This document shows positions 18,623 to 28,997 of a stretch of 64,000 nucleotides of DNA, one piece after another. The notes below the pieces were generated by a model that worked only from the letters and a program-made list of their open reading frames with translations, did not search any database and had not been told where the DNA came from. The translations under genes were made by a program, and so were the position numbers. This DNA is from Myxococcota bacterium (GTDB lineage: Bacteria; Myxococcota_A; SURF-8), in contig OZ223209.1 of NCBI GenBank assembly GCA_965140415.1, positions 608,001 through 672,000 of the forward strand. The letters are read 5' to 3'. Positions within the stretch are counted from its first letter, which is position 1. Each line of letters begins with the position of its first letter.

Positions 18623-19189
18623 TTAAACAATCAATTTCTGTAGCTTTTTAAAACTGGGGGTTCCGGCGCGCTCCAGCCACTGGAAGAATACCGCTTCGCT
18701 GGAAGTGACACAGGCTCCGGCGCCGTGCATGAGTTTCAGGCCCATTTCATGATTAAAGGGGTTGCGCGTGGCGCAGGCATCGGCCACTACGTGAACGTCA
18801 TACCCCAGTTCCAATAACCCCAAAGCCGTTTGGTAAACGCAGATATGCGTTTCCATGCCGGTCAACACGATCTGACGGCGACCGGCGGCAGCGATGGCCG
18901 ACTCGATTTCGGGAACTTCGGTCGCTGCGAAAACGACCTTGTCCAGCGTGGGCAGGTTCTGACAATGCTCGGCAATCACGGGAATCGTCGGACCGATACC
19001 TTTGGGGTATTGCTCCGTAACGATAGCCGGGATTTCAAGTTCCTTGGCCGCCTGCAATAAAATCGGAACGTTCGCCAGTAAATTGGACTGTCCCGCCTCG
19101 CTCATGGTGGCGAACAGTTTGTCTTGAATGTCGATTACCAGTAGTAGCGTGTCTTCGTGCGAAAGAAACTGCGCGTGTCGGTGCTCCAT
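18623..19189 (-). CDS. Isochorismatase-family hydrolase (YcaC-like)
   Basis: VIDIQDKL, TEQYPKGIGPT, GMETHICVYQT; AGGAG SD before ATG 19189. Confidence 0.9.
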   Translation of the reverse strand: MEHRHAQFLSHEDTLLLVIDIQDKLFATMSEAGQSNLLANVPILLQAAKELEIPAIVTEQYPKGIGPTIPVIAEHCQNLPTLDKVVFAATEVPEIESAIAAAGRRQIVLTGMETHICVYQTALGLLELGYDVHVVADACATRNPFNHEMGLKLMHGAGACVTSSEAVFFQWLERAGTPSFKKLQKLIV

Positions 19190-19592
19190 CTTGCTCTCCT
19201 GAATCGTTACTTGTGGCGAAGTTGTATCACGGAGAAAGTGAATCGTCAATTCAAGGTTTGCGCCTAATGGCCGATAACGTAGAAGGAGTGGCTTGGATTC
19301 GCCGGCGGGGAATGGAAACCTGTGTTTTCGTTCAATCTGCGAACGCGGGGAATAATTTTACTCCGGGCAGCCCCTAAAATACACGGATAGAGAGTAGGGA
19401 TGATCGGTACGGGAGTGGTGATTCGGATGCAACAATCGTTCAAAACTGGATGAAAGTGCAAGCAATTCAATTGTTTGAATCGGGTTTTCAACCGGTTTGA
19501 TGTTTGAAAAGACAGTGTTAGCAATACTGAATATACTTGAAAAAGCAATGAGTTAGAGTCGGACCGATTGTCCGAATGGAATTAGAAAGTCG

Positions 19593-19621
19593 TTGACAGT
19601 TTACAGATGGGGCTTTAGGAT
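19593..19621 (+). promoter_or_regulatory. sigma70-type promoter upstream of the PqqD gene
   Basis: TTGACA-17-TAGGAT. Confidence 0.6.
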
Positions 19622-19663
19622 ATGGCAGTAGAGGAACTGAATGAGAATTGGAAATCAAGAGGG

Positions 19664-19954
19664 ATGAAATACCCCTATCGAAACGTGCGAGTGGCAACGC
19701 GAACGATCGAGGGAGAGGCGGTGGCCGTTTCCCCGGATGATTCTACCCTGCACAGCTTCAACCGCGTTGGCACGCTGATCTGGGAGATGGCAGATGGGCA
19801 AACAAGCATTGAGGCTATCGTTGATGGGGTGGTTTCCCGTTTTGAGGTAAACCGCGAGCAGGCGCTTGCGGATGTAGAAGCGTTTTGTGGCGAACTGGTC
19901 GAGAAAGAGATTCTCTTTTTAGCCGATGAGCCGCTTGAGGGTCGGGTAAGGTAG
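19664..19954 (+). CDS. Stand-alone PqqD-family RiPP recognition element (RRE)
   Basis: RTIEGEAV...FNRVGTLIWEMADG..SIEAIV....FEV...A.ADV..F...L...IL is the typical PqqD pattern; 96 aa. Confidence 0.88.
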   Translation: MKYPYRNVRVATRTIEGEAVAVSPDDSTLHSFNRVGTLIWEMADGQTSIEAIVDGVVSRFEVNREQALADVEAFCGELVEKEILFLADEPLEGRVR

Positions 19955-20090
19955 AATAGTAGAGAACAGCGCGGGGCGTGGGAAGTCGTTGAAAGGCGAG
20001 GTGTAGAGCCGCCTTCGCGTTTTATTTTTGGTTTGGAAGATTTGGAAGAAATCGTTTCTTACCGGGCAATGGTTTGAAAAGGAGATCGTG

Positions 20091-23000
20091 ATGAAACAAC
20101 TTTCTTGGGTTCTACTTCTGGTTGTCGTATTCGGCTTCTGGGCGGTCGGTTGTGAAAGCAACGATACGCAGGATAACGACTATGACTTCGTCGGTGATGA
20201 TGACACCGAAGGCACCGACGGCGATGGGGAAACCGACGGTGACACCGATGGTGATGTCGACGGCGATACCGACGGTGATGTCGATGGTGACACCGATGGC
20301 GATGTCGATGGCGACACTGACGGTGATGTCGATGGTGACACCGACGGTGATGTCGACGGCGATACCGATGGCGACGTGGATGGCGATGGTGATCCGGATG
20401 TCGATGGCGACGTTGACGGTGATGTCGTCGAGCCGACGCTGGCGTTTGTGGTCGGCGGTGATCCCTGGGAAGTGACTTACGACGATGATGTCTCGGATGA
20501 TGCGGGTATGCAGCTCGACATCAACCTGACCAGCACGGATGTTGCAGAAGACACCGTGGTGCAACTCACTGTCAATAGCGGCGATCCCATCGACGGTACC
20601 GTGGATGCGGATGGTAACGTGAGTTTTGCAGCCGTGACCCTGGTAGCGGGTGCGAATACGCTTTCGGCGGTGGCCGATCCCGATGGCGAAGCCCTGCCGA
20701 CCGCCGAAGCGACGGTAACGTTGACCGGTTCGCGCATCGCGTTCGTCGAAGGTGGCGATCCCTGGGAAGTCAGCTACGATGACGATACCTCCGGTGATGC
20801 CGGTATGCAGGTCAATATTTCGCTGACCACCGACAACGTAGCCGAAAATACCGATGTGGTTCTGACCGTCGGTGAAGGCGACCCGCTTGGTCCGGTGATG
20901 GTGGATGCCGACGGCAATGTGCTGTTTGAAAACGTAACCCTGCTACCGGGCGATAACGCCCTGGCGGCAACTGTCGATCCGACCGGCGCGGCTTCTCCGA
21001 CTGCGGCGGCGACCATTACCCTGACCGGTTCGCGTCTGGCTTTTGTTGCCGGAAGCACTTGGACGGTTTCCTATGTAGATGATACTTCCGAAGCGGCGGG
21101 CTTGCAGATAGATGTCGAACTGCTGGCCGAAAACGTAGCGGAAAATACTTCGGTTGCTCTGGATGTAGATGGAACCGCTTTCGGTCCGGCGACTGTCGGT
21201 GCGGATGGCGCGATTCTCTTTGAAGATGTCACGGTGCTGCCGGGCGACAACGTCCTGCTTGCCACCGTCGATCCCGATGGTGCAGCCTCTCCAACGGCGA
21301 CTGCTACGGTCAGCGTTACCGGTTGCCGCCTGGCCTTTGCCGAGCCGCTCGATGAAGCTTCCTTTGCCGATGGCGGAAGCTGCTCGGTTGGCGATTGTGG
21401 CGACGATCTCGACTGTGTCGCGCCCAACCTGCAACGCAATGTCATCGTACAGGCCGAAAACGTAGCCGACGACGAGACGATCTCCCTCGTTGTGGCGGGA
21501 GCGGCTCCGATTACGGCGACCGTGCAGAGCGGACAGGCTCAGTTCGATATGGTGGGTCTGCCTCACGGCACCGAGGTTTCTTTAATGGCCGAAGCCGACA
21601 GCGCGACGCGCTCGACCTGTCAGGCCGAAATCGCTGTCGATGTGGATATTACCTGTGGATGTCATTTGGAACTTACGCCGGTTCCGGCGGATCTGAATCG
21701 CGCAGACGCCCTGGCGCTGGACAGCAATCTGGATGACGGCTTGCAGGTCACCTACGTGGCCACCAGCGACAACTGCGCTGATGGTTCTGCGGTTTCCTTT
21801 ACCTTTGATAGTGGCACGCCGGTGGATCTGGTTCTGACCAACGGCGAAGCCTCTGCCGAATTCACGCTCAGTGAAGACGTGCATACGTTGGAAGTCGGTA
21901 TCGACGACGGCGCGGGCCGTATTGGCCTTGCCGGACCTTATTCCTTCAGCGTCGATCTGACTCTGCCGGAATTCGGAACGATTACACCGGATGATGGAAC
22001 GGTTTACACGCGCGTGGAAGACAAGAATCAGGATCTGGGCGATGGCATCCAGTTCGATGTGAGCGGCCAGATTACCGGCGTTGAAGATCTCGATCCGCCG
22101 CTGGAGTTGACTTTGGCCATCAATGGTGAGGATTTCGCCAACACCGAGGTTTCAGGTGGCGCGTTCACCTTTACGGATGTCACCTTGACCGATCCCAATG
22201 TCCGCGCTCCGGCACCGGAAAACTTTACCCTGGAATTGCGCGCCACGGACGCACTGGGCAATCCTGCCAGCACCAGCTTCGGCGTTGTGGCCTATTTCGA
22301 TGAACCGAGCCTGACGATTCTGACCATCGGCGGCTATGCAGCCGATACGGCGGATCTGAAACTGAACATCTCCGACGATGCCAGCACCGGAACGGATCTG
22401 TTGCAGACCACGGTTGTCGTGCAAAGCCAACTGGTGCCGCTCACCTCCATGGAAGGACTGCGCATCAACGGTGGAGCAGGTGTTGCCGCTAATAGCGTAG
22501 TGGGCGACGATATCGAAGCCACCCTGACCTGGAACGTCGAACTGGATTACGGCGATTATACCTTCGAGGCGGCTTCCACGATTTTAAGTGGCTTGACCTC
22601 GGATATGGCCCAAGCCTGGGCGGATTGGGAAATTCCGACTCTTACCTTTAACAGCCCCACCGACGAAGAGTACAGCAGCCAGAACGTCATGGACGTGGAA
22701 ATCTACTCCGATGCTGAAATTGGTCAGGTTGTCACCTTGAACGTCAACGGTTCTCCCTGGTCGGGCGGCACTGTGGCGCTGAACGATTCGAATATCGCCC
22801 TGTTCCAGGATGTGGATATCAGCGAAAATGCGACGCGCACGACGGCGGATTACACGTTATCTGCCGATGTCGATGACTTTGCGGGCAACAGTGCTCTCAC
22901 TACGGGTGTAACGGTACACTTCGATTCCGATGCACCGACCGTTGCCGTGACCGTGCCGAACCCGCCAATCAATTACAACACCAATGTCACGGTAAACGCA

Positions 23001-26000
23001 GCTATCGCGGGCGAACCGAATGGCAGCCAGGCCACTTTCCGTCTGTACGAAGCGGCCAGCTACGTCGCGAATCCTGCGGACCCCTGCCCAGTGGCAGGCG
23101 CATTGCAAACCGATGTCGTCGCTCTGGCAAGTGGTAGTGCGACTCAGGCTTACGGTACCGCACAGAACCCGCTGTCCGATAACACCTATGCCGTCTGCGT
23201 TCGCTACACCGATATGGCGGGCAATCTTGGATGGGACGATAATACCTTCGAAGTGGACACCGGTTGCTTTACCTTCTCCATCGCCACCGACGATGGCAAG
23301 ACCGTGTACAACATCGCCGATGCTTTCGAAGGCAATACGGCTAACGGCGTACACACCACCATCAACGTAACCGCCAGCGGTTCGCGTCCGATTCTGGATG
23401 GACAGCAGGTTGTGTTGCGCGTCGATGGTTCTCTGGCGGGCTTCGCCACGATGAGCGGTGACCCGGCGGAAGCCAGCTTCCCGGTTACTCTGACCGAGGG
23501 AACGACTGAAATTCAAGTTTACTACGAGCCGCCGGTTGGCAGCAACTGCTACGGCACTCCCAATCCGCTGGCTTTGAAGGTGGACTTTACCTCTCCGGCT
23601 CTGACACTGAGCGCACCGTTTGCCTACGATCCTGCGGTGGCTCCGGCTCCGGCTACCTACAATTACAATGCCGCTTCCGTCGATGCGGTGGCAGGCGGCG
23701 ATTTCCAGACTCCCTTCACCATTCACTCGGATAACGCCGAAGAGGGCCAGACGGTTGCGTTGACCGTCTCCAACGGTCTGGGTCGGGTGGACAACTATTC
23801 GCAGGCGCTGGATGCCTCCGGCGATGCGGTGTTCCCGGAAGTCACCCTGTTCTACGAGGGTGGTGCGGCGACCAACGAAAGCGCCGTGCTGACGCTGAGT
23901 GCCACCGTTTCCGATGCGGCGGGTAATCCCAGCACGGCCCTGGAATTTACCACCCAGGTGGATCGCTCCGTGCCGAGCTTTACCAGCATTACCGCCGGTC
24001 CTTCAAGCAAGGCTCCGGGTTCTACTCTGAATTCCAGCGACGACGACAACCAGGCGATCGCAGGATTCCAGTTGAGAATCCGCGCCAATGTTGAAGGCGG
24101 TACTGTTGGCCAGAATGTGACGGCCTCCTACCGCGTGGTCGGCGATACGACGTATACGACCATCGGTGATTTCGCCGTCCAGGGTACGCCGGGAAATCGT
24201 TATTTCACGATGAGCGGCACCTTCAACGAAGGCGAGTACGAATTCCGCTTCGTCCACACCGATTCGTTCGGCAACACCGGCGAATTGTCTCCCCCGGCTT
24301 ATTACAAGCTGGACTTCGTGGCTGGTATCGTCCTTTCGGACACCAATGGCGACCGCCTGCCGACCGACGATGTCGCGGGACCGTTTGCCTACGAATGGAA
24401 CGTCAACTACGATCAGAACCCGGGTTCTGCCGGTTTCCAGGCTTATTTCGATGCCACCACAAACGGATTCGATCTCGGAGCCACGGTGTACATCTGTAGC
24501 AATGTCGGTCTGCATGCGGGTAACGGCGGACTGTCCACCTGTACCCACGATCCCGATGGTGTAGGCGGCGATACGTTCTACCGCGTTGCCAGTGCGACCG
24601 TCGTTCAGGGTCTGGGCGACACCGGTCTGGCGACTTTCTCCGTGAACCTGGTAGACGAAGCCGATCATATCGTCTTTACAGAAGGCTCCGACAACGTCGG
24701 CAACTTTGCGCATTCAACCCCGGTGACGATCACCATGGATTCCGTCGCTCCGACCGTTTCCTCGCTGGTCTTCCCGGACAACAGCACCGGCAACGATGAT
24801 ACCGTCAACAACGTGCTGCGCATGAACACGACGGAAGGAACGGTAGACGGTTCGAACCTGACCTTCGACGTCACCGTCAATGTCAGCGGTTCCGATGCGG
24901 ATTACGTCAACCTCTATCACAGCAACAGCAACACCTTCCTGGCCGGTCCGGTAGCCGTTTCCGGCGGTCAGGCGGTCTTCACCGATGTGGTGCGGCCGAA
25001 CGGCTTCGATGCACGCATCAAGGCCCAGGTCGTCGATCAGCTCGGCAACCTCTCCAGCTTGACCGCTACGGCGGCCTTGCAGAAGATCCGCGTGGACTTG
25101 ATCGGTCCGGCGGCCAGCTTCGAAGGCGGTCCCGGCCAGATTCAACTGGTTGTGGGCGCATGCGGCGGCAACGACGGACAGAGCCGCTGTCTTGCCTCTG
25201 TACAGATCAACGTGGATGTCAATGCCAACGAAGCCTTCAGCTTGGAAGGCGGCACCGTGACCTTAAGTGGCCCCGATAGCAAGGTTTCCGTCCAGCAGAC
25301 GATTCCGAGCTACAGCTCTACTCCGGTCCCGGTTGAATTCACGGACTTCCCGATTCCGCAGGGCACACAGACCCTGTCGGTTACGGTTAGCGATCTGGCG
25401 GCCAACTCGGTCACCGAAACCAATGAATTCTATGTTGACTCGGTGGTTCCGACTCTGGCGATTGCCACTCCTTCGGCAGATGGCAGCTATGCCGATGCCG
25501 ACAACGACGACACCACCTGCGGCGACGGCGGCGGCTTGAGCGACTTGCTGCTGCGGCGTTGCGACTGGCAGGTGTCCGCCACCGGCATCGACGGCCAGAC
25601 GGAAATCGAGCTGCAATGGCGCCAGCAAGGCGACACCAGCTTCCAGACTTTCCCGAGCGCAAGCAGCCAGACCATCAGTTCCAACAATACTGCGGTCGGC
25701 TTCAACCCGTTGGACTTCCCGCGCGGCACGATTGAAGTGCGGGCCTTCGCCACTGAAACCGCTTCGGGTAACACCGCAACAAGCGCCCTGCGCACGATGG
25801 CGGTGGCGTTCAATCCGGGTGACGTGTTGCAGGTGGAAAAAGTTTCCGTTGGCGATGGCGTGCCCGATACCGGCGATGAAATGGCCAGCGGTACGACCTT
25901 TAAAGCCGGTGAAGATCAGAACGGTGGCGCGCCCTTCGGCGTGAACATCCAACTGGTCACCAACGGTTTCGACGGCCTGACTCCGACCCTCACGGTCAAT

Positions 26001-28661
26001 GGCTCGGCGGTTTCCACCACGCTCTCGCCCACCAGTGGCGTGATTACCAGCGGCAAGGTGGTGTACAACAATGTCAGCCTGAATGAAGCTCCGGCCACCA
26101 ACGTCATCGCAGCTACCGTCAACGACGGTCTGGGCGGAACGGCGAGTGTGAGCCTGACCAACATCGTGGCCGATAGTTCGGCCCCGGTTATCACCTTTAC
26201 GCGACCCACACCGGGTAGCACGACCTATTACAACATCACGCACGATAACGGTGCGGAGCATAACGGTCAGATGGATCTGAAGACCGCCTACGACATTCAG
26301 ATCGAGTCGGACGACACCACGGTTGCCGGACGCACGGCTACCTTGACTGCGACCGACGGTACGAGCGCGGTGGCCTTGTTCGGTACCGCGACCGCGACCT
26401 TCCCGAGTTCCTGCACCACGACCTGCTCATTGACATTCAGCAGTGTTATTCTGCCTACCACCAACAGCCTGCCCAACGGCTGGCTCGAACTGGGTGTAAC
26501 GGTCAGTGATGCCGCTGGCAATGATGCCAGCGTCGCACAGGTGCCGCGTATCGTGGCCGACGACGACAAACCGGCGGATGCCACGGCATTGGAAGTCTGT
26601 CTGGGTAGCAACACCACCACCGCTGGTGGAGACGATGCCTACCGCAAGGACAGTGCTAACTGTGTTGAAAGCTATGCCTGCGATAACGACGACGATCGCT
26701 GCGACCGTCATGCCGGTAATGCGACGATGGTTTGGACCGCTCCTGCCGCCGACGGCTTTGCCGGAACCGGTACGGTAACGGCATACACGGTGGAATACGA
26801 AACCTTCACCGACGAGGCCGATCCTTGCAGCCAGTGGGGAACCGGTGATACTCATGCGGCGGTAACGGTAACGGTAGATGCCATCGTCGCTCCGACCGAG
26901 AAGCAGGGCGCCGTGGTGGCAAGCCTGCCGATCAATACCAACACTAGCACCTGCTTCCGCGTGCAGGCCCAGGATGCGGCTGGCAACACCAGCGACTGGG
27001 TATACAGCGGACGTGAAACCGCCTACGCCAAGACGCAGATCGCCACCGATCTGGGTGGTTCGGATCGCAGCGCCAGCGGCTTCGGCTTCTTCGCCGAATG
27101 GGGCGATTTCAACGGTGACGGCTGCTACGATGTCGCCACCAACGACGCCTACTTCGTAACCGGTGGCGGCGCTGCGGGTGCGGTGTGGGTCATTTACGGC
27201 GACGACGGTGATAGCTGTACGCCGCTGGCCGACTGGGCCGTCTATGGTCGCTATAAGCCGAGTTGGGGCCTGGGCGACACGCTGGGCTACTCCTTCGCGG
27301 TAGGCGACTTGAACGGCGATGACATCGACGATCTCGCCATCGGTGCGGAATCCTACAACTTCTACGATGGCCGGGCGTACATCTACTTCGGTAGCACTTC
27401 CGGTCTGTCCACCACCGCTTCCAGCTACATCGAAGAGTGTGGCGAAGCAGGTCTAAGCTGTCCTGCCAACACGCATTGCGATTTGTGCGGCTGTGTACCG
27501 GATGCCGGAGTCGCCAATTGTGGTAACGGCAGCGCCGATTCCGGCGAGGAATGCGGTGAGCCGGGCTTGAGCTGCGGTGGCGGCCAGGTCTGCTCCGACG
27601 CCTGTATCTGTATCCCCGACTATCGCAACTGCGGCGATACCGAAGTGGACGCTTATGAACCGACGATCGAACCGGATGTCACCATTTCCGCGGGTCTGTG
27701 GACCGGCGGTGCGGTTGGCACCCACCTGGAAATCCTGAATTGGAACGGTGCGGAATCCGGCCAGGTTTACGCGGATCTGTTCATTTCCACGCAGTGGTAC
27801 TCCGCAGCCGACGGCCCGATCTACGGCTTCCTGGGTCGTGGCGTATGGGGTAATTGGTACGACGCCGGTACGGATGAAGACCTGACGGTTCTGCGTCAGG
27901 CGGGTTCCACCGGGTTCTATGGTTCCGGTGAAGGCAACGCCCCGAACTTCGGATGGTTCATGAGTCATGCCGATGTCAACAACGACGGCTACGACGAGTT
28001 GATCATCTCCGATATCGACCACCAGGAAAGCGATGGCGCAGGTGGTACGCGCACGCTGGATCGTGCCTGGTTGCTGTGGGGTAACTCGGCAACTTCCGGT
28101 GTGTTGCAACCGGTGGCAGATGCGGATTGGGCCAACCCCGAGCCGCGTCAATCCGATCCTTATTTCTTCGAGATTCCGGCTACCGACGCCAACGAAGCCG
28201 GTAACTTCGGCTTCTATGTGGCGGGTGTGTTAGACACCAACAACGACGGTCTCGACGAAGTGCTGGTTCGCAAGAACACGCAGAACAAGCTGCTCTATTA
28301 CAAGTCCAGCACGGCCAGCCCCAATGTGGTGACCGAGCAGAGCTGGTCCTTTATCCACGACAGCGATACCTATTTCGGCTTGGAGCCGGGTACCGCCATG
28401 GATATGAACCACGACGGATACAACGATGTCGTGGTTGGCGGCACCGGCCTGGTGCGCCTGTTCTGGGGTCAGACTCCCTACGGGATTGTGGATAACACCG
28501 AAAATCCCGGCGATCCGGAGAACGACTACATCGATCTGGCCAACCTGCCTGCCAGCCCCAGTGTCTTGCAGGCGATGGGTGGTGGCGACTTCAACAGCGA
28601 TGGTTACTATGACCTGGTGGTCATCAACCGTACCAGTGGAAATATTTTCCTGATCTGGTAA
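20091..28661 (+). CDS. Giant (2856 aa) surface lipoprotein: DGD linker, tandem Ig-like domains, C-terminal FG-GAP/VCBS propeller
   Basis: AAGGAG SD; lipobox AVG-C; repeated DxxGN strands; GDFNGDG, GDLNGDDIDDLAIGA, ADVNNDGYDE, DMNHDGYND, GDFNSDGYYD. Confidence 0.9.
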   Translation: MKQLSWVLLLVVVFGFWAVGCESNDTQDNDYDFVGDDDTEGTDGDGETDGDTDGDVDGDTDGDVDGDTDGDVDGDTDGDVDGDTDGDVDGDTDGDVDGDGDPDVDGDVDGDVVEPTLAFVVGGDPWEVTYDDDVSDDAGMQLDINLTSTDVAEDTVVQLTVNSGDPIDGTVDADGNVSFAAVTLVAGANTLSAVADPDGEALPTAEATVTLTGSRIAFVEGGDPWEVSYDDDTSGDAGMQVNISLTTDNVAENTDVVLTVGEGDPLGPVMVDADGNVLFENVTLLPGDNALAATVDPTGAASPTAAATITLTGSRLAFVAGSTWTVSYVDDTSEAAGLQIDVELLAENVAENTSVALDVDGTAFGPATVGADGAILFEDVTVLPGDNVLLATVDPDGAASPTATATVSVTGCRLAFAEPLDEASFADGGSCSVGDCGDDLDCVAPNLQRNVIVQAENVADDETISLVVAGAAPITATVQSGQAQFDMVGLPHGTEVSLMAEADSATRSTCQAEIAVDVDITCGCHLELTPVPADLNRADALALDSNLDDGLQVTYVATSDNCADGSAVSFTFDSGTPVDLVLTNGEASAEFTLSEDVHTLEVGIDDGAGRIGLAGPYSFSVDLTLPEFGTITPDDGTVYTRVEDKNQDLGDGIQFDVSGQITGVEDLDPPLELTLAINGEDFANTEVSGGAFTFTDVTLTDPNVRAPAPENFTLELRATDALGNPASTSFGVVAYFDEPSLTILTIGGYAADTADLKLNISDDASTGTDLLQTTVVVQSQLVPLTSMEGLRINGGAGVAANSVVGDDIEATLTWNVELDYGDYTFEAASTILSGLTSDMAQAWADWEIPTLTFNSPTDEEYSSQNVMDVEIYSDAEIGQVVTLNVNGSPWSGGTVALNDSNIALFQDVDISENATRTTADYTLSADVDDFAGNSALTTGVTVHFDSDAPTVAVTVPNPPINYNTNVTVNAAIAGEPNGSQATFRLYEAASYVANPADPCPVAGALQTDVVALASGSATQAYGTAQNPLSDNTYAVCVRYTDMAGNLGWDDNTFEVDTGCFTFSIATDDGKTVYNIADAFEGNTANGVHTTINVTASGSRPILDGQQVVLRVDGSLAGFATMSGDPAEASFPVTLTEGTTEIQVYYEPPVGSNCYGTPNPLALKVDFTSPALTLSAPFAYDPAVAPAPATYNYNAASVDAVAGGDFQTPFTIHSDNAEEGQTVALTVSNGLGRVDNYSQALDASGDAVFPEVTLFYEGGAATNESAVLTLSATVSDAAGNPSTALEFTTQVDRSVPSFTSITAGPSSKAPGSTLNSSDDDNQAIAGFQLRIRANVEGGTVGQNVTASYRVVGDTTYTTIGDFAVQGTPGNRYFTMSGTFNEGEYEFRFVHTDSFGNTGELSPPAYYKLDFVAGIVLSDTNGDRLPTDDVAGPFAYEWNVNYDQNPGSAGFQAYFDATTNGFDLGATVYICSNVGLHAGNGGLSTCTHDPDGVGGDTFYRVASATVVQGLGDTGLATFSVNLVDEADHIVFTEGSDNVGNFAHSTPVTITMDSVAPTVSSLVFPDNSTGNDDTVNNVLRMNTTEGTVDGSNLTFDVTVNVSGSDADYVNLYHSNSNTFLAGPVAVSGGQAVFTDVVRPNGFDARIKAQVVDQLGNLSSLTATAALQKIRVDLIGPAASFEGGPGQIQLVVGACGGNDGQSRCLASVQINVDVNANEAFSLEGGTVTLSGPDSKVSVQQTIPSYSSTPVPVEFTDFPIPQGTQTLSVTVSDLAANSVTETNEFYVDSVVPTLAIATPSADGSYADADNDDTTCGDGGGLSDLLLRRCDWQVSATGIDGQTEIELQWRQQGDTSFQTFPSASSQTISSNNTAVGFNPLDFPRGTIEVRAFATETASGNTATSALRTMAVAFNPGDVLQVEKVSVGDGVPDTGDEMASGTTFKAGEDQNGGAPFGVNIQLVTNGFDGLTPTLTVNGSAVSTTLSPTSGVITSGKVVYNNVSLNEAPATNVIAATVNDGLGGTASVSLTNIVADSSAPVITFTRPTPGSTTYYNITHDNGAEHNGQMDLKTAYDIQIESDDTTVAGRTATLTATDGTSAVALFGTATATFPSSCTTTCSLTFSSVILPTTNSLPNGWLELGVTVSDAAGNDASVAQVPRIVADDDKPADATALEVCLGSNTTTAGGDDAYRKDSANCVESYACDNDDDRCDRHAGNATMVWTAPAADGFAGTGTVTAYTVEYETFTDEADPCSQWGTGDTHAAVTVTVDAIVAPTEKQGAVVASLPINTNTSTCFRVQAQDAAGNTSDWVYSGRETAYAKTQIATDLGGSDRSASGFGFFAEWGDFNGDGCYDVATNDAYFVTGGGAAGAVWVIYGDDGDSCTPLADWAVYGRYKPSWGLGDTLGYSFAVGDLNGDDIDDLAIGAESYNFYDGRAYIYFGSTSGLSTTASSYIEECGEAGLSCPANTHCDLCGCVPDAGVANCGNGSADSGEECGEPGLSCGGGQVCSDACICIPDYRNCGDTEVDAYEPTIEPDVTISAGLWTGGAVGTHLEILNWNGAESGQVYADLFISTQWYSAADGPIYGFLGRGVWGNWYDAGTDEDLTVLRQAGSTGFYGSGEGNAPNFGWFMSHADVNNDGYDELIISDIDHQESDGAGGTRTLDRAWLLWGNSATSGVLQPVADADWANPEPRQSDPYFFEIPATDANEAGNFGFYVAGVLDTNNDGLDEVLVRKNTQNKLLYYKSSTASPNVVTEQSWSFIHDSDTYFGLEPGTAMDMNHDGYNDVVVGGTGLVRLFWGQTPYGIVDNTENPGDPENDYIDLANLPASPSVLQAMGGGDFNSDGYYDLVVINRTSGNIFLIW
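20235..20378 (+). repeat. Six coding 24-nt units (DGDTDGDV)
   Basis: Peptide units are identical while their codons vary synonymously. Confidence 0.9.
20439..21329 (+). repeat. Three tandem ~99-aa domain repeats
   Basis: Units start at 20439, 20736 and 21036, each following (L/I)AFV..W.V.Y.DD.S..AG.Q...VDADG.V.F..VT...G.N.L.A..DP.G...PTA. Confidence 0.85.
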
Positions 28662-28674
28662 TCGGATGCTTGTC

Positions 28675-28715
28675 AAAGTCGGGAGTCCTTTTTTACAGGG
28701 CTCCCGACTTTTTTT
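28675..28715 (+). terminator. Intrinsic terminator after the giant gene
   Basis: AAAGTCGGGAG...CTCCCGACTTT stem followed by a T-run. Confidence 0.85.
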
Positions 28716-28722
28716 GATTTCC

Positions 28723-28751
28723 TTGACAGTAGCGAACAACAAATTTAACAT
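28723..28751 (+). promoter_or_regulatory. sigma70-type promoter for the peptide gene
   Basis: TTGACA-17-TAACAT. Confidence 0.65.
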
Positions 28752-28808
28752 AACGTGGTTCGGAGCATATCGCGAAAGCAACAAGCGGTTTCCAAAGGAA
28801 GAGGTTCC

Positions 28809-28964
28809 ATGGCAGATTCAAAAAAACATGCTGAGCAACAGGATGAGGCCAAACGGCCCTACCAAAAGCCGGAAGTGAAAAGCGCTAAAATATTCGAGAG
28901 GTTAGCTCTTGGGTGTGGGCTGGCTACCGTTCCTCCTTGCCGTCCTCCGGCGAAATCCGGCTGA
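28809..28964 (+). CDS. Putative RiPP precursor peptide (51 aa)
   Basis: AAGGAAGAGG SD; MADSKKHAEQQDEAKRPYQKPEVKSAKIFERLALGCGLATVPPCRPPAKSG contains an RRE-type YxxPxV leader motif and a two-Cys C-terminal region. Confidence 0.75.
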   Translation: MADSKKHAEQQDEAKRPYQKPEVKSAKIFERLALGCGLATVPPCRPPAKSG

Positions 28965-28997
28965 TACCGCAGCATTTTGGGGAACACGTTCTAACAG

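Noticed and set aside
20235-20378. Possible CRISPR or VNTR array
   Set aside because: In-frame coding repeat with synonymous variation, no unique spacers and no cas genes.
28809-28964. Calling the peptide a lasso peptide
   Set aside because: No acidic ring-closing residue, no Thr at -2, and no cyclase or B2 protease in the window.
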